64,000 nucleotides of DNA from Scyliorhinus canicula (Eukaryota), in NCBI RefSeq assembly GCF_902713615.1, contig NC_052153.1:142181772-142245771 (forward strand). The letters are read 5' to 3'. This document shows, piece after piece, positions 46,556 to 59,932 of this stretch. A program made the position numbers and the translations under genes. Numbering within the stretch: the first letter of the stretch is position 1; each line of letters opens with the position of its first letter. Under the pieces are notes generated by a model. The model made no database searches, was not told where the DNA came from, and was given only the letters and a program-made list of their open reading frames with translations.

Positions 46556-47318
46556 GTTTCTTCACCAGGTTGACACATCATTTTCAGTATGCCAGTGTTG
46601 CTCCTGGAATGCTTTGCTGCACGCTTCATTGAACCAGGGTTGACCCCCTGGCTTGGTGGTGATGGCCATGTAGTGGAGCACAATTCTGCTGCTGATGGTC
46701 CACCCTACCGATACTATCGTGGACAGATGCATTAGCAGCAGGCAGATTGGTGAGGATGAGATCAAGTATGTTTTTCCCTCTTGTCTCGCTACCTGCTGCA
46801 GTCCCAGCCTAGTAGCTGTGTCCTTTAGGATTCAGCCAGCTTGGTCAGTAGTGGTGCTACCAAGTCATTGTTGGTGATGGACATTGAAATCCCTCATGCA
46901 GAACACCTTCTTGCCATTGGTCTGGCTGTCAGTAAATGACCAGGTCTGTGTTTTAATATTTTTTTATGTGAAGCCTATGGGAGATATGAATATGGGTAAT
47001 GCCTGGTGCAGAAAATCAGTATCAATGCAGGTGTTCTCCCGATGACCTGACATAACTTTAACAGAAGATCCACAGAACCCCTCGTGAAGTGGACTAAATT
47101 GATGTAATTCTGGTGAACAATCAGATGAACCTCCACTGAACCTCTTGTCACCTCGTTTAATCCTGTAGGATTTGCCCCAAGAGAGCACTTTTTACCTTGG
47201 AAATGCTTTTGGATTGATAGCAAGAGCAATTCCATGGTTGAAGCCCCCAAGTTACCGTAAGATTATATTTTTGCAAAAATTTACAAGTTTGTAGTTTTCT
47301 TTTGTTCATTCTAACTTC

Positions 47319-47912
47319 GGGCGAAATTCTCCAACCCTGCTCGCCTGGGGGCGCCTAAAATCCGCCCGCAGAGATTCTCCGCCACCCGGGAAGTGACAGG
47401 GGCAGGAATCTCGCCACTCCGATCGGAGAGGCCCCTGCGGCGATTCTCCGGCCCGGATGGGCCGAAGTCCCGCCGCTGGGAGGCCTCACCCGCCGCCGAG
47501 GTTTAAACCACCTCTGGAACGGCGGGCTCAGCGGCGCAAGCGGGCCCCCGGGGTACTTGTCAGAGTCCGGAAAAGTGCCCTGGCTGCTCTATTTTCTTCC
47601 GCGGCCGCCATGGCAGAGGCCATGGTAGAAGTGGAAGAGTACCCCACATCGCGCATGCGCCGGCAGTGACGTCAGCGGCCGCTGACGTCACTGCCGGTGC
47701 ATGCGCGGACCGGCGAAAGCCTTTCTGCCAGCCCTGCTGCCGGGGGCGCCGGTTTTTTGCGCTGGTCTTCTGGTGGCAACCGCTCCGGCGCGGGCTGGCC
47801 CCCAAAGGTGGGGAGAATTCCCCACCTTTGGGGAGGCGCGCCCCCTGAGTTGTTGGCGCCACTCCCCTACTCCGGGACCCTCCGTCACGCCGGGTAGGGG
47901 AGAATGCCGCTC
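47319..47912. mobile_element. Harbinger-type MITE with a central 56-bp palindrome
   Basis: TIRs GGGCGAAATTCTCC and GGAGAATGCCGCTC, flanked by TTC/CTC. Confidence 0.85.
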
Positions 47913-48019
47913 CTCATTGCTAATGTAAACCTGTAAATAATAACGAATGGCAGAGCAGGCTCGAAGAGCCGAATGGCCTGCTTCTAATTTCTGGGTTTCT
48001 ATGTCCTCCTTACTAACAT

Positions 48020-48350
48020 CTGAGAGCTATCGCACAGGCTAATCAAGCAACAGCCTGACATAGTCTTCTTCATGGAATCATGCCTTACAGATATGTTCAC
48101 CATCACTTGTTCTGAGCATGATGAACCCAGCAGAGGTGGTGGCACAGTGGTATACAGTCGGGCGGGAGTTACCCTGGAAGTCCTCAACATCGACTTTGGA
48201 CTCCATGAATTCTCATGGCACCAGGTCAAACAGGGGCAAGGAAACCATCTGCTCATTACCACGTACCGTTCCCTCCACCCCCGTCAGCTGATGAATCAGT
48301 ACTCCTCCATGTTGAACACCCATTAGAGGAAGTACCGAAGATGGTCCTGG
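48020..48350 (+). mobile_element. LINE AP-endonuclease fragment
   Basis: PDIVFFMESCL...SRGGGTVVY...HLLITTYR. Confidence 0.7.
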
Positions 48351-50916
48351 AGACAAATGAGTGAAAAGTGATGGGAAATCTGTGCTGACTCTTAGCGGGA
48401 AGGCCTGCCCATCAAGGACAGTGGTGGACCTCTCACCCAACTGAGGACCCCAGGATTTGACATCCTACCCGTCTAGAGCTGCCAACCAATCAGAGGCCAG
48501 AGTTCTTCCAGGAGGCAGAGCCATGGCTCCTGCTGCAAAAACACCTCCTGGGATCCAGAATCACAGAGCGACCCAGGAAAAAGGTACGTTTTTCAGGGTG
48601 GGTGTGTGGGTGGGTGTGTGGGTGGGTAAGTGTGTGGGTGGGTGGGCCCGCAGGAAAGGGTGAGCCATGATGGTTGGCAGAAAAGGAAGGGCAGGGGTGT
48701 GGCTGTCAATGACCACCCCCTGCCCCATGTCAATGTCTTCAATCATGCACATCAATGCAGATGGAGGGACTGCCCACCCTCTCCCTCTCGTTGACATGCA
48801 AACTGACAATACTGATGAACACACAGGGCATCTGTTTAATCTGATACTTAATTTTTCAATGCTAGATGGAAATTAATCATTGCACTAACATTGAGGCCCG
48901 TGGTACATGTTCACCACAGGCAGCACGCTGCCCACGATGCCAACAGCAAACTGTGCTCCAGTGATCAGAAGAAGGTGAGCCAGAACACAGTGATCATTGC
49001 CAGGCATTGTGTGACAAGGTCTAGAGAAATGGCGCCTGGATGTGAATCTCCCTGGCAAGCTTCTTTCATCTTATACCAGATCCACTATGGATCGTTGTTT
49101 CAAAGGCATTTTAAAAGCAAACCTACCTTCAGGAATTAAAGAAAATGCTTCCTTTTTTCAAAAAATAAAGCTGAAGAAAGTTGTTTGAAACCTTGAAAAT
49201 AATGTGGCATTAAAAGGTACTCCTAATATTGCAACACTCAATGATTTATTCATCCATTCAAATTCACCCACGCTGATCCAGAAAAAGAAATAAAGCCAGC
49301 ACAAATACTGTATAATTGAACTATTTTTGCATCAAATCTGAGATCTTAAAATGGACTCAGGCACTGCAGCACACAAACAAAATGTAGAAATGCACTGAAT
49401 TGCAGTCAGAAAGATGTGAGAGCAGGGTCTGCTCTCCAAATGCTCTCCCTGCATTGCTTGCACCCCTGTTCTCCCGGTGCATTGCCAAACAGTTCATGTA
49501 AAAACAACTCGAGTGGCAGATGCTGTTATTAACATATGTGCACTGTACTTTGAGAGACTTCAGAATAAACAGAGGTCTTCAAGTAGCCACATCCATAACA
49601 ATAATTGGCTTAATCTGTGCTTAATTTATGCTTTGTTCATGGATGACCCAGCTCTGCAGGTAAGTAACTGTGTCAAAATCTCAAAGAATTATGTCATGGT
49701 AGGGTGGAGCTCAACCACGTCACCCGAGGTTCTGAACTTTCATCCTCGAGTCAAATGCGCAGAGTTGAGAGAATTTATGATTCCATGAACCTGACTTTTA
49801 AAAATGGATGGCTTAATATCAAAGGGATTTGGGCTTGATTAAAGTCAGAGCAGGTGACCCCAAAAGAATGAGGGGCATGCCGGGTGAGGAGGCGGCTGGG
49901 CGGAAACCTTGCCTTAGGGCCCGTACAAAGTCTAAAACATTAAACATCCCTCCAGCTCTCCCCACCCTCTCCCATCCCACCACACACCCTGTGCCCAATC
50001 CGTGTCAACACATTCTATATCATTCCCTGTAGCCAACCCCATAACCATTCATCCTCTCCATGGCAAAAATATTTGGTCCCCCATATTCTGCATGCCAACC
50101 TATGCCTCTACACCAACTCCTCCAAGGACCCTCATACTCTCCATGTCAACTGTATAGCTTTTATAGCCCCTATGCTAACTTAGTGCCAACCCATATTAAC
50201 CCTGGTTTCCCTACTCACCATTCTTTGCCCTTTCACCTACCAAACCAACTTATCTATTATCCACTGTGCGCTGACCTCTAGACCCATGCAGAAATGAGAC
50301 AAAATAAAGTTCCCGTCTACTACAGAATTGGAAATTCCTGCCCAAAGTCAACGGACCTTTGTCTTGTCCATCATATTTTCCGTCCCACTCGCAAAAATTC
50401 CTACCACGGGCGAGTTAGGAAAATTTCAGCCTCAACCTCTATTCCAGATGTCATTACAATGAAACCAAAACACTTTATTGATTAAAAAAACAGATTTGCT
50501 ACATTTAAATTCCTTCAACTACAACAATAAATTATTGTATTATGTTCCTTACAACAATAAATATTTAATTTAAGTGCACAATCCGTGATAACAGCAAGCA
50601 ATGGAATTCATAGTGTCACTCCAAAGAGTCTATAACCACTTGTAACTGTCAATCAAACTGTGAAATGCTGGCACCCTTGTGTAACAATGGATGGTGGTGA
50701 AATAAGTCAGCAGCACTAATCTATTAATGGCTTATGTCAACAGACAGTGAAATAGCAAACAATGTTTTCTTTTCAAACACTCTAGATATTTATTTCAAAG
50801 ATTTAAAGGGCAGGACTTTTCATTGTTTTGAAAGTTTTAAAGCTCTCTTTGACAAGTGATTTTGACAGGTCATCTTGAAACTTCTTGTAGGCCCGCTTGA
50901 AAGGTCTTTGTGATTG

Positions 50917-51254
50917 AACATAGAACAGTACAGCACAGAACAGGCCCTTCGGCCCTCAATGTTGTGCCGAGCCATGATCACCCTACTCAAACTCACGTAT
51001 CCACCCTATACCCGTAACCCAACAACCCCCCCTTAACCTTACTTTTATTAGGACACTACGGGCAATTTAGCATGGCCAATCCACCTAACCCGCACATCTT
51101 TGGACTGTGGGAGGAAACCGGAGCACCCGGAGGAAACCCACGCACACAGGGGGAGGACGTGCAGACTCCACACAGACAGTGACCCAGCTGGGAATCGAAC
51201 CTGGGACCCTGGAGCTGTGAAGCATTTATGTTAACCACCATGCTACCCTGCTGC
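50917..51254 (-). mobile_element. HE1 V-SINE
   Basis: Head, V-domain and CR1-like tail (TTCTGTGCTGTACTGTTCTATGTTC). Confidence 0.92.
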
Positions 51255-51259
51255 ATTAT

Positions 51260-51995
51260 CACAAAAGTTAATATACAGGTACTGCAAGGGACGAGGAAGG
51301 CAAATTGAATGTTTTGTTTATTGCAAGGGGAATGGATATAAAGGTAGAAAGGTTTTGTTGCAGTTTACAGCATGTTGGTAAGACCACATCTGGAGTACTG
51401 CATAAAGTGTTGGCCTCTTATTTAGGAAAGAATATAAATGTGTTCAGAGAATGTTCACATTGCTGAAATGTGGGATGGGGGTGAGGGTGTAATATCTTAT
51501 GAGGAAAGGTTGGACAGGCTGGGCTTATTTCGGCTGCTGATTTATTTCCCAACCATCCATTATCACAGAAGGGTGCCAGCCATTTCACAGTTTGATTGAC
51601 AGATACAAGTGGCTGGAGACTCTTTGGAGTTGAGAAGATTGAAAGGTGACCTTATTGAAAGAGAGAAGCTCCTGAGAGGCTTGACAGGATGGATGCTGAA
51701 AAGATGTTTTCACTTATGGGAGAGACTAGAACTGAGGAGATGAGAAGAAACTTTTTCTCTCACGGGGTTGTGATCTTTAGAACTCTCTTCCCCGGAAAGC
51801 GATGCAGGCAGGATTATTTACGATTTTTAAGGCAGAGGTATATAAATTCTTGACGGACAATGGAGTCAAAGTTTATCGGGGATTGGTGGAATGTGGATTT
51901 GAGGCCCAAATCAGATCAGCCACAATCGTATTGAAATGACGGAACGGGATCAATAGGGTGAATGGGCCTACTTCTGCTCCTTATTCATATGTGTA
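51260..51995 (+). mobile_element. Old CR1 3' fragment
   Basis: Decayed LVRPHLEYC, YEERLDRLGL and LKGDLIE motifs plus 3' UTR. Confidence 0.78.
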
Positions 51996-52458
51996 CTTAC
52001 GTGCATGTTCATATGTAACTCTGCAATGATTTCAAATGCCCCTGCTGAGTTTGGGCTTCTCTCATGTGCGAATAACCTGCGCCCCTATTCTCCTACCACC
52101 AAGAATGGGACCTGTTGGAAATGAGCAAGGGACTTCCAGATCTAGGTCACACCCACCATTTTTAAAGATCCGCTTTCTCCACGATTTGAAAAAATCTAAG
52201 CCTTAACGTCTGAGCGGATAATGGTGGCAAAAATCCTCATCACATTTACAAAATACTTGGATCTGCATTTGAAGTGCCATAGCCTACAGAGCTATGGACC
52301 AGTAGTTGGGAAAGTGAGATGAAGATAGATAACTTATTTTGCTAGCACACCCATGGTGGGCCAAATGGCTTCCTTCTGTCTCATAAAATTTCAATGTATG
52401 TTCTAATCCTAAATTAATTTCCCCGATGATCTCAACTCCAATTTTAAAAAAAATTCAA

Positions 52459-55400
52459 AGGCGGGATTCTCCATTGGCTGACCCCGGAATTGGGAAACGT
52501 GATTGGGCGGAGAATCGGTTCCGACGTCAAATCGCGGCGGGTGCTGATTTGACTCCAAATCACAATTCCCCGTCACCTCGGCAGCGACGTCAATGTGTTC
52601 CGGAACACATGTACAGTAAACACTATTTTCATTAGCGGGCCTGACCCGATATTCTCCGCAGCCTCCGTGAAACATACATACTGCACTACGTGCGGGCCCT
52701 GGGTTGTCAATAACACCGGGTGAGGTGCATGGGATGGAGGATCATGGCAACCCGCGCTGCGAAGAGCTCTGATGCTCCATTTTCCACCATCCACCTAGGT
52801 GATCCCTCCATGTGAGCTGACCACTCCATCACACGGCCCCATTGAATCCCTGGCGTAGCGGTGGTGGGGACAGTCAGGGGGAGGGCTGAGGGGCGCAGGC
52901 CAGCCACAATGTCCGCCCATTCCCCCCTTGCCCTCCACCCCTTTATGCCAGCCCAGACCAGCTCACCCCTCACAGCCATCTGACAGAACACCGAGACAAG
53001 TTAGAATCAGGGACTCACTGAATCATAGAAGTTACAGTGCAGAAGGAGGCCATTCGGCCCATCGAGTCTGCATCGGTGCTTGGAAAGAGCACCCCACTTA
53101 AGCCCACCTTATACTTGTAACCCAGTAACCCCACCCAACCTAAGGGCAATTTAGCATGGCCAATTCACGTAACCTGCACACCTTTGGGCTGTGGGAGGAA
53201 ACCGGAGCACCCGGAGGAAACCCACGCAGACACGGGGAGAACGTGCAGACACCACACAGACAGTCACCTAAGCCAGGAATGGAACCTGAGACCCTGGAGC
53301 TGTGAAGAAACTGTGATAAGCACTGTGCTACTGTGCCGTCCTTTACAAAAGCCAGTAGGTTGTAACAGTGCGAACAAGTGTTTAATTTGACAATGTGACA
53401 ATATATATACAGATTTGTGCCCTAGCCCCTGTAACTAAACTGTGCCCTGAAACCCCTACCAACTAAACTGGTGTCTAACATTCTGGCCTTACAGGCCCTA
53501 ACGTTACGTCCAGGTGGATCCCCTGATGGTACATCAGGTGTGGATTCCCGCCCTACGACCTGGGTCCTCGTTGGCGGCTATCTTCTGGGACAACCGATTC
53601 TGGATGGGCTTGGCTGCTGCTCGGGTGTCCCAGGTGGTGTAGTGCAGTCCTGTTCTGCCTGCTGCCCACCAGATGCACCAGGGACTGGGGTGGGGGTGGG
53701 GGGTGGGGCAGTCCAAGTTGCTGCGGTGTTCCGGAACCTACCCTGCGGGAGTCACCGACATGGGCCCCATCACCTTCTCCTCCCTCAAGATGCTGGATGG
53801 CCTTTGGGCACTCCATGGGATGGGGGTGCGAGCAGAGCTATCCACTGAGGCTCTACTGGCGCTACTAATCCTGGAGGCCCGTTCTGGTCACGACCAGCTT
53901 CCGCATGCTTGTGGCCAGGGAGCACAGGGAGTGGACTATCTCCATCTGGGACTGCACCACATCACCCATTGACTGTGCCACCACCTTTTGGGTATGTGTC
54001 ACATCAACCAGTGACTATGCCATCTCCGTCTCTGGGACTAGGCCACCTCCCTCTGTGTCTGCACCATGTCGGCCAACGCCTGGGCAATGAGCCGACGTTC
54101 CCAGCCATGGTCTGCTTTAACTGCGCTCTGCCCAGAAGCGCTGCTGCAATGACCAAGTGGCTCTGGCACATGGCTGCCTGTGAGGTCCTGAGTCTTGGCC
54201 TCAGCCAGCGCCTGCACAGAATGCCCCAGGCCTTGGACATGCTGATCCATAGACCTGGGCATGCTGATCCATTGCCCCCAATGCCTCCACCGTGGACGCC
54301 ACCCATAGGGTGTTGGCCTGGGTGGCACGCATGATCGGCAGTACCTCCTGCTGCTGGATGTGGTTGGACTCCTCCAACTTCACCTGCAGGTACTGGATGC
54401 TCACCGACAATCCCTCATGTAACCCCTGGCTCTGCGACTGCATCTCCACAATCGATGGGACCGTCCATTCCAGAATCCCCAAACCCTCAGGACAGCAGCT
54501 AGTACCTGGGGTCAGCCTGTCCTCCATCAGCCCATCCCCTCGGGAGCTCCTACATCCACCTGCTGTACCGGATCAACTGTGTGGTGCACACCAGAGGGTG
54601 TACCAGGAGCCTCTTCACTAAAATGCCCAACCGTGATGATGGTGGAAGGTGTTGGCGACAGCTGTGACGGGAAATCTGTGACATCCTCAGACTCGAGCTC
54701 CAGGGTGAACTGCGTCTCGGGTCGAGGGCTGCCGTCCGAGGTGCTCTCCTACTCATTGCTCAGCTCATGCGGAGGCTCTGGCTATGGCACTGGCTGGGTG
54801 CAGGGGACACCGGATGGACCCACCCCGTCACCTGCAGGACAAGACAATACGCATGATTAGACAGAGGGCTGTGGGTGGGGGAAGTGGGGGGGGGGGTGGG
54901 AGGGGGGAGGGGGCGAGGGTGGTGTGGGGATGAGGGGGGGGGGTGGGTGGTGTTACGGGTGAGGATGAGGCCAGTCTGGGGGTGGGGTTGGTGAGCGTGT
55001 TGGCACACGTGTCATGGGGTTGTATGGGACATGGGTTACTGCCAGGGGCACGTGTTGCCTACTCATCTTGGCTGCCCTGAGGAGTACGTGTAGTTTACTC
55101 AGGCACTGCTGTCTGGTCCTGGCGGTGTTGCTCATGTCGCTGAATGCCTCTGCCACCTGTGCCCAGGCACGCTGAACAGCGGCGGCTTGCAGCATCCTTC
55201 CTGGGCCCGGGTACCGGGTCAATCGCCTCTCCTTCACTGCGTTCAGGAGTGTCTCCAGCTGGGTGTCCATGAACCTTGGCGCCTCTTTGCTTGCTGCCAT
55301 CTCCATGCTGGGATGGTGTGCGTGGGGAGTGAAATGTGTATCTGTAGCTGCAGCTTGTCAATCCTGGACCCGGCGAATCCCGCATCGTTTCTCATTGGAA

Positions 55401-55530
55401 TCGATTGTGTTCCACATGGTGCCGGTGCTAGCCCGGTCAGTCCCGGTCCAACACCACTGTTGCTGTCTTTGAACTCCACGAATCCTGTGTCGGTGTCAAC
55501 ACTTAGTCTCAGGAACGGAGAATCCCCCTG
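52459..55530 (-). mobile_element. Internally deleted PIF/Harbinger element retaining the Myb/SANT-like gene
   Basis: TIRs AGGCGGGATTCTCC and GGAGAATCCCCCTG with a CAA TSD. 55306-55067 encodes APRFMDTQLETLLNAV...AWAQVAEAFS...RTRQQCLSKLHVL; acceptor TTGTCCTGCAG at about 54831. No transposase ORF. Confidence 0.82.
53019..53342 (-). mobile_element. HE1 V-SINE
   Basis: Reverse-complement HE1. Confidence 0.9.
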
Positions 55531-56271
55531 CAAGTATGTTGAATTACTGTTACTAAACTGAACTGCTGTTACATCTGTTTGTAATTTTATCAGTTACCTT
55601 AATCTCTTAATACTTGTTCTGTCAATGTTTGTGTTAAGTGCTGGTAACTTTGATTCTAATATTAATAAATCATTCTTCAGAACATTGACATCTGACAGCT
55701 TTAATAATTAGCAAGCAAAGATTAATTTATTCACTCAATTGCTCGTGTGAACCTTGATGAGATTGGTCGCGTAAATGGTAATAGAATTTCAACAACCTAA
55801 TGTCAAACATATTGGCAAACTGAATTTAGATATCATTAACTCCAAGGTATCAATGAGGTGGAGAACTAGACAGCTTTTTCACAATGAATTAAGTTGAAGG
55901 GTTAAGGATTTGTCTGGTGCCTGAGATGGATGTTCTTGTCCGGGTCTTAAACTCAAATGTTTTTTTATTTGTGCCTGGGGTCATGGCAAGGATTTGAATT
56001 TCCCACGATTTATGGATATTAACCTTTTTAGCTCTCTCTCTCACTCCTCTTTGAAGACACTGCTTAGAATGTGCTTCTATGGTTAACCTGATTGAATATC
56101 TTGGTGTCAAATTTAACCTGATTACACTTCTATAATTGGGACATTTACTTCATCCCTCTATCTTAGCTCATCTGCTGCTGAAACTCTCATTCATGCCTTT
56201 ACCACTTTAGACCTGATTATCCCATTGCACTCAAGGCCACTTTCCCACATTCTATTCTTTGCTAATTTAAG

Positions 56272-57980
56272 GGGCGGGATTCTCCGTCAGCTGACGTCGG
56301 ATTTGGGAGAAACGGTTGGGCGGAGAATCAGTCCTGATGCCAAAATCGCGGCAGGCGCCGATTTGATGCCAAATCGCAATTCACCGTTGCCTTGACAGCG
56401 GCGCCAATGCGGCTCACAACACACGTCCGTAAACAATGTTTGCATATCATTAGTGGACCTGACCCAGTATTCTTTGGGACCGCAGCGAATTTCCGCTTCC
56501 GATGGACTGAGTTCCTGATGGCGCAGTCTACCTTTTGTTTTAAAAAATTGGGCAATCGGTATCGTGGTTGATGAGGGAGACAGAGAGGAGGTAGGACCCA
56601 GAAAAGCGCAACGGTGGGCTGTCAGGCTGGACGCTGGCCCGACTGGCTGGGGTGGGAGGGGCACGGCAGGGTTGGCTTGGGGAGTGACAGGGGTACAGGT
56701 CGAGTGGCCGGGGTGCCCCCTCCATGGGACTAGGGCGGTGTCCACGCACGGTCCGGCATTGCCACGGCCTGCAAGCCAGCCATCTTGCGCGCAACTCACT
56801 GACTGCCTACCTTGACCCGAGGTTCTACAGAGTGACACCGGCTGAATAGGTGCTCCACCCCCACCTCCTCCCCGCCATACCACCCCCACACAGTCACCAC
56901 CTGCCAGTGGGGCATCAGGCTGCCCACTGAAGGGTAATGCCGACTGTAGCCTTTAATGCGACGCTGGCCAGGGGCCACAGAGTGCACTGCTGGCAAGGGG
57001 AGAGCCAACGACAGTACCCCTAGCATCAGGAACTGGTGTGAGGGCCACAGGCCCCCAGGGTGCTGGGCAATGATGGGGCCATGGGTGCGGAGATGGGGGA
57101 GGCATGTGGAGGCAGAGCCCGAACAGCCAACCTGGGCCACCATGCAGCCCGGTAGACCTGGTTGGGCACGGGGGCATGAACCATGCTAACATTTTCACCC
57201 CCTGCAGATACTGGATATTGGAATTCAATTAGCAATGGTGCCCTTGCCTTTAGTTGCCGCAGCCTTGGGGATGCCTTGCGACTGTGCAAGCTGACGCTGC
57301 TCAAGGTGGAGGGAGCTGCAGCAGCAGAGCATGCACCAGTGGTTTTTGGAGTGTGATTCAACATGGGGGGGGTAGATTCTCCATTGCGGGATGCCCGAAG
57401 TGCGTTTCCCTCATTAGATAGGGTCTCCGCCTCAGTCTCCAGCCTCCACACTGGCGTAATCAGCCATGTCCTCAGCGGGTACTCCTTATCCTCAAGAGCT
57501 AACCCACCATCCTGGGGGGTCCTCGAAGACACCGGGAATCTCCGCGTCTCCCAGGATGTAGCTGTCAGGCACTCCCTGGAAAACGTGCACACACGTGCAC
57601 GATCCTGAGATGGTGGTTGCACATGAGTTGAACATTCAGGCAGTGGAACCCCTTCCTGTTAATTAAGGGCACTCCTGATTGCCCCGGAGAGTGGAAGGCA
57701 ACATGCATGCCATCTATTACCCACTGGACCTCAGGCATCCTAGTGATGGCGGCGAATCCTGCTGCCCAGACATCTTGATGGGCTTGATACAGCACAAAGT
57801 TTATATAGTCAGCAGCCCTGTCATCCTGACCTCACGGATGTACTTGTCGGCTGTAGCTTCTGTTATGCCACTCGAGCCCTGGAACAATCAGGTGGTATAA
57901 AGGGTCAGGGCTGCGGCGACCTTCATGTTCACCAGGAGTGGGTGTTTTCCTCCTCCAAGGGATGCCAAGTCTGCAAGAAC
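56272..57980. mobile_element. Rearranged Harbinger remnant with a transposase fragment on the minus strand (57400-57975)
   Basis: TIR GGGCGGGATTCTCC at 56272. Peptide GFAAITRMPEVQWVIDGMHV...NRKGFHCLNVQLMCNH...VCARFPGS. Confidence 0.8.
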
Positions 57981-57984
57981 CCCT

Positions 57985-58297
57985 GCAGTGCTGAAGGAGG
58001 CCATTTGGCCCATCGAGTCTGAACTGACCCTCTAAAAGAGCACACTACCTAGGCCCAAGCCCCCATCCTAACCCCATAACCCCACCTAACCTGCACATTA
58101 AGGGGCAATTTTAGTTTGGCAATCCACCTAACCTGCACATCTTTGAACTGTGGGAGGAAACTGGAGCACCCGGAGGCAACCCACGCAGACACTGGGAGAA
58201 CCGTGCAAACTCCACACAGGCAGGCACCCGAGGTCGGAATTGAACCCGGATTCCTGGCACTGTGAGGCAGTAGCGCTAATGTTCCACAATGTCGTCC
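57985..58297 (-). mobile_element. HE1 V-SINE
   Basis: Reverse-complement HE1. Confidence 0.88.
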
Positions 58298-59374
58298 TTG
58301 ATAAAAGATGAAAGAGAGAAAGGAAAAGAAACAGATAAATTTAATTCAAAGAGATTGACAGAATTACAGCAAGGTGGATTTATGAAATGACTTACTTGGA
58401 ATAGGAACCTCAGTGTGTTCCTGGATGTTGTTATGTAAAAGATCACATATTAATGAAAAATGGTGTCCCACGCATACTAGTGCAAATGACAAATGGGCAG
58501 AAATGCATCAAATTGTATCATTCTTGAGTATAGGAAAGAAATTCAAAGGATAGATCATGAAATTACATTAGTAGGACATCTGGGAATAAAGAAAAAACAA
58601 GCAAAGGTATTGAAACAGTTTTACTAGCCGGTACTACATAAAGATGTACATTTTGTCAAACATATCACACATTTCAAGTCACAGGGAAACCACCAGCTGC
58701 AATAAAGGAAGCACCTTTGATCCTTATTCCAGCTTTCAAAGAACCTTTTACAAGATTTCTAGTCGACTGCGTTGGCCATTTTTGAAAAAGCAAAGCAAAA
58801 ATCTATACTTGTTAACTATTATGGATATATCTATTAGATTCCTGAAGAAACATTCCATTAAAAAACATTACAGCCAAGAGAGCGGGAGAAGAATGAAGTA
58901 AATTCTTTGACAAAGGGATCCGTTTTTATTATTTGCTATTCAGATGCACCAAATTATTCTACAAGATTTAGTCGTTTTGAATTGGTTTATGGACTTGATG
59001 TGAGAGGATCACTGAAATTAATCCAAGAAAAGTTATTAAGTAAGAAATAATATACTTTTGTACTATGCACTGAATTTCAAAGAAAGACTGAATGATGCTT
59101 ATGAGGTGACAAGGAAGTATTTAAAGGGAGTGAAAGCAATGGCTGATATGAGAGCATAAATTTGTAGTTTTGTAGTAGGGGAGAAAGTGCTCATGTTATT
59201 ATCAATATTGGATGCCCCATTGAAAGCTCAATTTTGTGCACCATAACAAATTGAGAAAAAACTGAGTGCAGTAAATCATTTTGTTCCTCCACCAGATTGA
59301 TGTAAATCTTAGAATATGTCATATTAACATGCTTTAGAGATTTCTTGATAGAGGAGATGAGGACAAATATAAGT

Positions 59375-59932
59375 GGCTGGATTCTACGACCCTCCGCACC
59401 AGAATCGCGCCAGGCATGGGGGCGGAGAATAGCCGTTCACGGCGGAAATCCAGCACGACGGCACTTCCGTGATTCTCCGCGGACCCGCCAGTCAACACGG
59501 CGCCGGTCGGGGACCGCTGAAAGAGGCCCCCGCGTCACTTTTCCGCAAATGACCGGCCAAACTCCCACCGGCATGGTTTACATCTGGTACCATCCGGTGC
59601 GAGCTCGGACCCGCGGCCGCGGTGGCGGTCCTTGTGGGGGTTGGGGGAAATCTGACTCTGGGCGGGACCTCAGCGGTGGCCAGGCCCGCAATCAGGTGCC
59701 ACCGATCGATGGGCCATCGTGATCTCGGGGGAAAACCTACCTTACTCCGAAGTGGGCCACCATGCGCATGCTGCCACGCGGTCTGGACAGCAGCCAGAGC
59801 TGCAGGATGCACACCGGGGCCCCACTAGCCCCCTGGAAAATGGAGAATCATTTTGAGGAAACAGCCTGGAGTGATTCACGCCCATTTTCCGGCGGGCTTG
59901 GGAACTTAGTCCCCAAAAGAGAGAATCCCAAC
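59375..59932. mobile_element. Harbinger-type MITE
   Basis: Decayed TIRs GGCTGGATTCT and GAGAATCCCAAC around a GC-rich interior. Confidence 0.75.

Larger units (their letters stand above)
44150..46900 (-). mobile_element. Old CR1/L2-group LINE, decayed, with nested SINE and Penelope inserts
   Basis: KPGGQPWFNEAC, EWWWTIKQLTG...NIRILNDGGAQ, an RT MFADD remnant (TCATCTGCGAACAT at about 45433) and a 3' UTR at 44150-44500. Confidence 0.8.

Noticed and set aside
6057-59828. Many 60-200 aa Pro/Gly/Arg-rich ORFs inside MITEs and SINEs
   Set aside because: GC-rich repeats are poor in stop codons, and reading frames are not conserved between copies.
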